Of a DNA stretch of 64,000 nt, positions 28,328-35,145 are shown piece by piece (within the stretch, counting starts at the first letter, position 1; the number at the start of each line of letters is the position of its first letter). Source of the DNA: Blastocatellia bacterium (GTDB taxonomy: Bacteria > Acidobacteriota > Blastocatellia > UBA7656); NCBI GenBank assembly GCA_963765495.1, contig CAVXWP010000004.1:64001-128000 (forward strand). The letters run 5' to 3'. A program made the position numbers and the translations under genes. Under the pieces are notes generated by a model. That model did not search any database and was not told where the DNA came from. It saw nothing but the letters and a program-made list of their open reading frames with translations.

Positions 28328-28627
28328 TTAATCTTCGGGCGGATTGTTAAAGATCGCCTGGTAATAGAGCCCCTTCCCGTCCTTGCGAATAGGGACCAGA
28401 AACAGGTCGTGCGAGCCGACCTCGTCGTGCTCGATTCTGTAGACGCCCTGAGCAGGCGGCGAATCCTGTGGGGCACAAAACACGAGTGAAAACTGATCGT
28501 CTCCGTGCGGGCCGACCTCTTTTACTTCGACCAGTTCGATTTCGCGCGCTTCGGACCCTTGATGCTGCATACTGAATTTGGCGTTTATGTGTCCGTCAAA
28601 CGTAGCTTTTTTCAGGGTGTCAGACAT
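28328..28627 (-). CDS. DUF6916-like protein (no signal peptide)
   Basis: IELVEV...FSLVF...QGVYRIEH..VG..DLFLVPI....LYYQAIFN pattern. RBS ggag. Confidence 0.82.
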   Translation of the reverse strand: MSDTLKKATFDGHINAKFSMQHQGSEAREIELVEVKEVGPHGDDQFSLVFCAPQDSPPAQGVYRIEHDEVGSHDLFLVPIRKDGKGLYYQAIFNNPPED

Positions 28628-28729
28628 AGTGGATTTTCTCCAGTTTGTGGATTTTCTCTAGTTTGAGGCCGGGGCTTTCAAACCCTGTGCCTGGTGTTTT
28701 CGACCGGGGCGGCGCCCGATCATAGTTAA

Positions 28730-29200
28730 TCAGGTATCGGGAAACCATTTCATCTCGAAATGGGTATCGTTTTCGTCAACCCGCGCAAAACCCAGCCGCT
28801 CGTAGAGGCGAAGGGCAGAATTTGTCTTTTCCACGTGCAGCAGGACGGGTTTACCTGTCTTGCGGGCTTCGTCCTGCAAATCCCGAATCAAACCGCTGCC
28901 AACTCCCCCGCCTTGATGTTTCGGCAGCAGGGCTATATCGACAAGCAGAATTTCACGATCATTTCTTAAGACGTAGAGCCTGCCGATCTTTTCGCCGTCA
29001 AGGATGATGATATGGTGGTCAGCGCCCTTGAACTGACGTTTGTAATGGCCGGTTCTGGCCGTAAATTGCATCTTCAGAAACATCTCGCGCTGGGCGTCGG
29101 CCCATCCCCAGGTAGCCATCTCCTGATTGCGCGTGCTGGCATACAACTCATACAGGAATGCCTCGTCCTCTGTACCGGCAGGCCGCAAAGTTACAGGCAT
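28730..29200 (-). CDS. GNAT family N-acetyltransferase (tail-collar cluster type)
   Basis: LRPA...DEAFLYELYASTR, FLKMQFTAR, IGRLY, LVDIALLPKHQGGGVGS and N.ALRLYERLGF motifs. The start is set at ATG 29200. Confidence 0.9.
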   Translation of the reverse strand: MPVTLRPAGTEDEAFLYELYASTRNQEMATWGWADAQREMFLKMQFTARTGHYKRQFKGADHHIIILDGEKIGRLYVLRNDREILLVDIALLPKHQGGGVGSGLIRDLQDEARKTGKPVLLHVEKTNSALRLYERLGFARVDENDTHFEMKWFPDT

Positions 29201-29262
29201 ATAAACATTCGTCCTCAAGAGCAAATAAAGATTCCGTGTTCTTCGTTATATATGGATTGAAG

Positions 29263-29342
29263 ATGGTATTTTTTCGGCGAAGAGATGTCAAGCCAGCCGG
29301 TCAAATAAGATTATTGACTTCTTATTTGTCCAGGAGTAATGT
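29263..29342. promoter_or_regulatory. Divergent sigma70-like promoters with an overlapping inverted repeat
   Basis: Minus strand: TTGACA (29291-29286), 17 bp, TACCAT (29268-29263). Plus strand: TTGACT (29314-29319), 17 bp, TAATGT (29337-29342). Inverted repeat caaataaga-N9-tcttatttg at 29302-29328. Confidence 0.55.
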
Positions 29343-29719
29343 AGTGCGGTTAAAAGATTTATTTGGGTTTGGCAGTCTAGTTTTTTGTAGTACCTGCTCT
29401 GATTATACGGCATCTGCTCACAGATGTTTTGACGCCTTCGAAACAGCCTGGCAAGATGCCGTAAACCAATTGTTTTCCAACCTCGAAAGAGTTAGCCTGT
29501 CAAGGAGATGCGGCGGGCGGTAATTCCGGGGGTAACCTTAGAATGCCGGCGTAATTCGTCGTTACGCTCCCACAATCTTAGTGAACCGCCCCGGACAGGA
29601 CGCAGAACCTTGTGTCAGCGCATAGCAGCTACCCGTAGCATTCCTCGCCTCTCTGCGCGAAGGATGCAAAACGTTAGATCGGTTGGCGCTCCAGATACAC
29701 ATATAAAAGGAGAATTAGG

Positions 29720-30775
29720 ATGACCAAGAAGCCTGTAAAGCACAGTAAGGCTCTAATTGCACTCGAAGTAGCTCTGATGGGATTGTTATGTTGGGCGGTT
29801 TTGTCGAGCAATCTTACCAACCAGCCGGGCAATACCGTTCAAGCCGGAAATTCGGAAATAAATGCAATCTCGGGACAGAAGCAGAGGCACGTGCCACCAG
29901 AAGGAACTCCTAGGAAAAAATCCAGGGATATCATAGCCCAGCTCGGCACCCCGGGCGCCTGCTCTGAATTCGATTTTCAGAACGGCGCTCAGGGGTTCAC
30001 GACGCAAATGGTATCGGGCACGCAATTGTGGCACATTGCAAACGGCACCTGCCGCGCAAACCTTGCCGGACACACAACGCCCTTCACCTTCTATTATGGT
30101 CAGGAGGGAACCTGTAATTACAACACGGGTGCCCGGAACGCTGCGAACCTGATCTCTCCCTCAATCAGCCTCTCGGGGCTATTCCCTCCCTACACGATAG
30201 GCTTTAACTACCTGTTATTTGTGGAGAGCAGCAGTAGCTTCGACACGACCTTCGTTGATCTTTCGACCGACGGCGGCGCGACCTGGACGCCTGTGCTCAG
30301 CAAAGCCAATATGTTTAATGACAATCAGTGGCACAATATAGGGACCGACGTGACGGCAGTCATAGGCGGGGCGACTTCGATCAATTTGCGCTTCAGGTTC
30401 GATTCCGTCGATAACCTCGTCAACAGTTCGACCGGCTGGCACGTGGATGATGTTCTGGTCTGCGGCAATCCATTCGATGTTTGCGTACAGGATGACACTA
30501 ACGGGAACATACTGCAATTCAATTCACAGAGTGGAAACTACATCTTTACGCAGTGCAGCAACGGCACAACTATTACGGGGACAGGCACGGTAACGACCAG
30601 CGGATGCTTTATCACGCTGGTGCATAACCTGGCCAGTATGCGGCTTTCGGCAACTGTAAATACCTGCCAGAGCACCGGCAACGCAACCTTGTCTATGAGC
30701 ATACCGCGCGGGGTTAAGATATTGACTATCAAAGACACGGACACTACAAACAACACCTGTACCTGTCCTTTGTGA
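29720..30775 (+). CDS. Secreted protein with a jelly-roll (MAM/cleaved-adhesin-like) domain and a Cys-rich C-terminal domain shared with the 3361-aa protein
   Basis: N-terminal hydrophobic segment; LISPSISL, VDLSTDGGATW, LRFRFDS...GWHVDDV; C-terminal FDVCVQDDTNG...TCTCP. RBS aaggag. Confidence 0.82.
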   Translation: MTKKPVKHSKALIALEVALMGLLCWAVLSSNLTNQPGNTVQAGNSEINAISGQKQRHVPPEGTPRKKSRDIIAQLGTPGACSEFDFQNGAQGFTTQMVSGTQLWHIANGTCRANLAGHTTPFTFYYGQEGTCNYNTGARNAANLISPSISLSGLFPPYTIGFNYLLFVESSSSFDTTFVDLSTDGGATWTPVLSKANMFNDNQWHNIGTDVTAVIGGATSINLRFRFDSVDNLVNSSTGWHVDDVLVCGNPFDVCVQDDTNGNILQFNSQSGNYIFTQCSNGTTITGTGTVTTSGCFITLVHNLASMRLSATVNTCQSTGNATLSMSIPRGVKILTIKDTDTTNNTCTCPL

Positions 30776-30814
30776 GTGCCCTATGCTTCCGTAACTAACT
30801 GTCTTACCGATAAC

Positions 30815-30853
30815 AAAAAGAGGACCGGTTCTGTGAATTCGGTCCTCTTTTTT
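30815..30853. terminator. Rho-independent terminator, possibly bidirectional
   Basis: aaaaagaggaccg (30815-30827) / cggtcctcttttt (30840-30852), with A and T tracts on both sides. Confidence 0.82.
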
Positions 30854-30968
30854 GAAGTGATTATTCTGATAAACGGGCTTCGGCCTGAAACAAGTATCAC
30901 CCTATGCTTTCTACTCTCTCTTAATCTGATGATACTTCCAATATTTAAGATGGCAGAGGGAATTCTAC

Positions 30969-31112
30969 CAGCAATTCTCGGTTTAGAAATTCTGTCTTAA
31001 CAAAAAGTGAACCACGAAATACACGAAGCACACGAAATAGAAGAATTATTCGTGTATTTAGTGTGTTTCGTGGTATATCCCGGTGCGATTTCCTCTAAAC
31101 CGAGAATTGCTG
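30969..31112. mobile_element. MITE-like non-autonomous element (144 bp) with an internal nonamer-repeat palindrome
   Basis: Perfect 19-bp terminal inverted repeats cagcaattctcggtttaga (30969-30987) / tctaaaccgagaattgctg (31094-31112). Internal (ACACGAAAT)-like x3 and its inverse lie at 31011-31074. No ORF. Confidence 0.75.
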
Positions 31113-31180
31113 TAATACAGATGACTCTATAATGGAAGCGGTTGGGCCAAATCGTAAGCGGTAAATTTACGTTAGAAGAT

Positions 31181-31846
31181 ATGAAAGCTAAACTTCATTC
31201 TACTCCTCCTTCTATATCTGACTTTCGCCTGCTTGAGACTATGCGAGTATCAACGGTTGGTGATGTATACCTTTTGGGCCGCCATCTGGAAAGATTGCGT
31301 GACTCGGCGCGATACTTCGGCTTTGAGTGCAACCTGCAACAGATCGCAGACATGATTTCTAACTCGATCACTAAAGCTATTAAGCCCGCGTGCCTTCGCT
31401 TGCTGCTTTCTTACAATGGCAGTTGCGAATTGGAATTCTCTCCGCTTCCGTCCGGCAAACTCCGCCGCCTTCAATTATCAGCAATAAGAGTAGACAGTAG
31501 AGATCCGTTTATTCACCACAAAACTTCTAATCGCCAAATTTATGATGAGGCCCGCAAAAGGTGTGATGCTTGGACCGAACCTCTGCTCGTCAACGAGCGC
31601 GGTGAGGTAACAGAGACATCAATCGCTAATATTGCCCTGAAGCGAGGAACACGATGGGTCACACCGAGAGTTTCTTGCGGCTTGTTGCCAGGCACCCTTC
31701 GTGCTGAATTACTTGCTGTTGGTGACATAGTTGAAGGGATAGTATGTATAAATGAATTGGCAGAGGGTGAAAAGGTTCGATGCTTTAACTCTGTGCGCGG
31801 TATATTTGACCTGCCGCTGCTATTGTCTGAATGTGGCGAGAGGTAG
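31181..31846 (+). CDS. Class IV aminotransferase, 4-amino-4-deoxychorismate lyase (PabC)-like
   Basis: LLETMR, HLERLRDSARYF, HKTSNR (PLP Lys), LVNERGEVTETSIANI, GLLPGTLRA and NSVRG motifs. It is adjacent to pabB/pabA-like genes. The start is uncertain (31142 TTG or 31181 ATG). Confidence 0.82.
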   Translation: MKAKLHSTPPSISDFRLLETMRVSTVGDVYLLGRHLERLRDSARYFGFECNLQQIADMISNSITKAIKPACLRLLLSYNGSCELEFSPLPSGKLRRLQLSAIRVDSRDPFIHHKTSNRQIYDEARKRCDAWTEPLLVNERGEVTETSIANIALKRGTRWVTPRVSCGLLPGTLRAELLAVGDIVEGIVCINELAEGEKVRCFNSVRGIFDLPLLLSECGER

Positions 31847-31900
31847 TGAGCGCAAATAGCAGAGGGCATGACAGACCTGACGTATCAGGAGCTTTGCGAA

Positions 31901-33379
31901 TCAGGAGGTTTGCGAATCAGGAGGCCGCATCACGGCCCGGGCCGCTGAATCTATTGCACGGCGCAAGGCGAAAGCCTTGTCGAGCGTTTCTGTGTACTCC
32001 TTTTCAGGCACTGAGTCTGCAACGATCCCACCACCCACCTGATAGTAAACCCGGTTGCCAACCGCGATCAGTGTACGGATCGCTATGTTGAGCGTCATGT
32101 TTCCATCGAAGCCTATAAATCCAATTGCGCCTGTGTAGACGTGCCTGCGGGTCGGCTCAAGATCATCGATGATCTTGATGGCGCGTATCTTGGGGCAGCC
32201 AGTGATTGATCCGCCTGGGAATGTGGCGCGTAGAATATCAACCGCATCAACATTTTCTCGGAGCCTGCCGCGCACAATGGAGATTGTGTGAAAGAGTGTT
32301 GGCAGTCGTTCTAAGTACCGGTGCTGTACAACTTCGACCGTGCCATATTCGCAAACCCGTCCGAGATCGTTTCGCTTCAGGTCAACTATCATCGCCAACT
32401 CTGCTGCGTCCTTGTAGCTGTTTCGAAGTTCAGCTTCAAGTCTTTCATCCTCGACTCTTGTGCGTCCTCTGGGCCGCGTTCCCTTGATAGGTCTGGTTTC
32501 TATATAATTATTCGCGCTCGATAAGAAAAGCTCAGGCGAGGAACTGATAATAAAATGGTCGGCACAATTGAGATAGGCACCATAAAATGAAGGGTTACTC
32601 ATACGCAAACTTGAAAACAATTCGAATGGCGAACTGTTCAGTTGATGGCAGAATCTCTGTGAGAGATTTACCTGATAGATGTCGCCTGCATAGATATGGT
32701 CCAAGGCTTCTCGCACGGCAGCAAAGTACTGACTCTCAGTCATGTTAGATTCAGAGGGGTTGCTTTCACTCTTCAAGCTTGAGTCGGGCGCGGCTTTTAT
32801 TTGAAGCCGTGGAGTGATTGCTTGCTCAATTTGCGCCAGTCGCTGCTCAAGCCGGCGATCACAATCGACGCCACTTAATGATGGCGAAATTCCTGAGACT
32901 ATCCATTCGTTTTCCAAATGATCGAATACAAGAACCGTCTCATAAAATCCCAAACAACAATCCGGTAGACTCAGGTCATCTACGGCATTGAGAGTTTCAT
33001 AGCTCTCTATGAAAGGGAAAAGATCGTAGCCAAGATAACCAATGGCCCCGCCGCCAAATCTAAACCCGTTTGGTAGTTGCCATTCCGGCTGCCGTCTCTG
33101 CAAAAGTCTTCTCAATGCCTCGAATGGGTTCTCGACACTTCGCTGCCACTCGCCACCGGCCCTGACATCGACCTTATTGCCCTTAGACCTCAACACCACT
33201 TCCGGCTCCCAGGCCAGGACCGAATACCGACCTTGATTTGTGTCGACTCTGGAAGAGTCGAGAAACACAAAATAATCTTCCTTGTGGAATGCCGCCGCGA
33301 CTTCAAATGGGCTATAGTTGAGACGGAGTTTGCGCGCATAGGGTCGTACCTTCGAAGCGTGTGTCAGGTTCTGCATCAT
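31901..33379 (-). CDS. pabB: Aminodeoxychorismate synthase component I (PabB / anthranilate synthase component I family)
   Basis: FLDSS...GRYS, GGAIGYLGYDL, GDIYQVNLSQR, SSSPELFL, TRPIKGTRPR (PIKGT is the PabB-type motif), MIVDL.RNDLGRV, FPGGSITGCPK and NIAIRT. Confidence 0.85.
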   Translation of the reverse strand: MMQNLTHASKVRPYARKLRLNYSPFEVAAAFHKEDYFVFLDSSRVDTNQGRYSVLAWEPEVVLRSKGNKVDVRAGGEWQRSVENPFEALRRLLQRRQPEWQLPNGFRFGGGAIGYLGYDLFPFIESYETLNAVDDLSLPDCCLGFYETVLVFDHLENEWIVSGISPSLSGVDCDRRLEQRLAQIEQAITPRLQIKAAPDSSLKSESNPSESNMTESQYFAAVREALDHIYAGDIYQVNLSQRFCHQLNSSPFELFSSLRMSNPSFYGAYLNCADHFIISSSPELFLSSANNYIETRPIKGTRPRGRTRVEDERLEAELRNSYKDAAELAMIVDLKRNDLGRVCEYGTVEVVQHRYLERLPTLFHTISIVRGRLRENVDAVDILRATFPGGSITGCPKIRAIKIIDDLEPTRRHVYTGAIGFIGFDGNMTLNIAIRTLIAVGNRVYYQVGGGIVADSVPEKEYTETLDKAFALRRAIDSAARAVMRPPDSQTS

Positions 33380-33948
33380 CGTCCGCCGTATTCAAGAAAA
33401 TTTCGCAGGATCTTTTTCCCTTCGGGAGTCAGGAAGGACTCTGGATGAAATTGTATACCTTCTAGAGGCAATCGCCTGTGACGTAAACCCATGATGATTC
33501 CGTCATCGGTGTAAGCACTCACCTCCAGGTCAGGGCCGACTGTAGCAAAATCAACGACTAAAGAATGATACCGCGCCACTTCGATATTCCCAACGATCCC
33601 CTTAAATAGCCCCTTCCCATCGTGTCGGATCATGGAGACTTTGCCGTGCATCGGGGAAGCTCGGATGATCGCGCAACCGTAAACCTGGCCTAGACACTGA
33701 TGCCCGAGGCAGACGCCAAGTAAAGGAATGCGACCGGCGACCGCGCGAACGATATCGAGAGAATTGCCGGAATCCATCGGCCCGCCCGGTCCCGGTGAAA
33801 TGATCACACGATCCGGCAAAAGAGATAACACCTCTTCGGCCCTTATTGCATTGTTGCGATAAACCGTCAGTTCAGCACCTTCGGCACCAAGACATTGCAC
33901 AAGATTGTAGGTAAATGAATCGAAGTTGTCGATTACCAGCACTTTCAT
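33376..33948 (-). CDS. pabA: Glutamine amidotransferase, aminodeoxychorismate/anthranilate synthase component II
   Basis: IDNFDSFTYNLVQ, ISPGPGGP, LGVCLGHQ, RYHSL and QFHPES motifs. It overlaps the pabB start by ATGA. Confidence 0.85.
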   Translation of the reverse strand: MKVLVIDNFDSFTYNLVQCLGAEGAELTVYRNNAIRAEEVLSLLPDRVIISPGPGGPMDSGNSLDIVRAVAGRIPLLGVCLGHQCLGQVYGCAIIRASPMHGKVSMIRHDGKGLFKGIVGNIEVARYHSLVVDFATVGPDLEVSAYTDDGIIMGLRHRRLPLEGIQFHPESFLTPEGKKILRNFLEYGGR

Positions 33949-34035
33949 AATCTTCTTCAAATTTGAACCGAAAAAAGGCGAAACTCAACCTATTTTAAAA
34001 AGAAAATTCAAAAATGTGTGTGGCCTTATGTAATT

Positions 34036-35126
34036 GAGGCCCCGGCACAATTGCCAGGGCCAAGTGGTTGAAATGGTGGTATTTGCCTTGACAGGAGGCA
34101 AATATGACTACCACCGACAATCACATCTTTAAAATACTTGAAAAAGTGGGCGAAATCTATGCTCCGCCTACTAAAGCAAAGAGAGGCCGTCCTTATGATT
34201 ACTCTGAATTGGTGATGCTCAGAGTCTTTCTTCTTATGGTTCTTAAACGCATAAAGGAATTTCGCTGCCCTTTATCGCTACCTCCAGGCTCATGCTGCTT
34301 TGCAGGTTGCTTGCGGCCTTGAGAAAATGCCTGACGAATCTACCTTGCGTAAACGGCTCAAAAAGTTGAAACCTGCCGTCAAACGTCAGATTCGTGCCTG
34401 GGCTGCTGAGTTGATTGAGCAAGGGGTTAGTTTTGCTCAAGTAGCGGCTGTTGATAAGAAAATGATTGAGGCTCAAGGTCCTCTCTGGCATCAGAGTGAT
34501 CGACAGCACAATCGCATTCCAGAAGGTCTGCGCGGAGTAGATCGAGATAGCTGCTGGTGCTGCTCTAAGTATAGAGGATGGGTTCAAGGCTACGGCTCTC
34601 ATATCGCGGTTGTGGCTACTCCCGGCCAGCCAATCGTCCCGCTTTGGGCCGATTTCACCAAGAATAATGAGCAAGAAGCGAAAGTGGCCTCTCAGTTGGG
34701 CAGAGAGTTGCCTGATGAAGTCAAGAAGATACTGGGAGATATTGGTTAGGATGACCCTGAGTTGAGAAAGGGGCTTGAGCGATATGAGAATCATTTGTTG
34801 GAAATATGTTTGATAGTGCCTATAGAAGTAAAAGAGAATACGCCAGGAAAGCGACGACGCTATGGAAGCATCTATGAGAATAATCGAGAGTTGTATAGAA
34901 GAAGAAAAGTAACCATAGAGCCATTCTTTGATCGGCTGGACCAATGTTTTGACATAGAGCCAGCGTGGATGAAAGGGCTTGCAAATAACGAAAGCCTGGG
35001 AGTGTTGTGGGTAGCAGCCTATCAATTGATGATGTTGTATCTTCATGAGCAAGGAGAAAATCCAGAGCATGTCAAGCAACTGATTGACATCTTGTGAGTT
35101 ACGGCTCCGATTTGTGCCGGGGCCTC
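34036..35126 (+). mobile_element. Insertion sequence (~1.09 kb, IS4/IS5-like DDE type)
   Basis: Terminal inverted repeats gaggccccggcacaa (34036-34050) / ttgtgccggggcctc (35112-35126), flanked on both sides by AATT (probable target duplication). It encloses a transposase. Confidence 0.88.
34104..35097 (+). pseudogene. DDE transposase pseudogene (one frameshift and one nonsense mutation)
   Basis: KRGRP N-terminus; +1 frameshift near 34267; PDESTLRKRL, AAVD and GWVQGY motifs; GDIG-[TAG 34747-34749]-DD where GDxGYD is expected; YRRRKVTIEPFF. Confidence 0.85.
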
Positions 35127-35145
35127 AATTAAATGGCCCTGTCTT

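Noticed and set aside
28629-28664. 18-bp tandem duplication gtggattttctc(c/t)agttt upstream of the DUF6916 gene
   Set aside because: It is real but has only two copies, most simply a local slippage duplication of the RBS region.
34747-34749. In-frame TAG as possible stop-codon recoding
   Set aside because: The same gene has an independent frameshift and TAG ends normal genes here (hisC, hisB), so simple decay is more likely.
34243-35079. 278-aa minus-strand ORF inside the IS
   Set aside because: It is antisense to the transposase and has no recognisable motifs.
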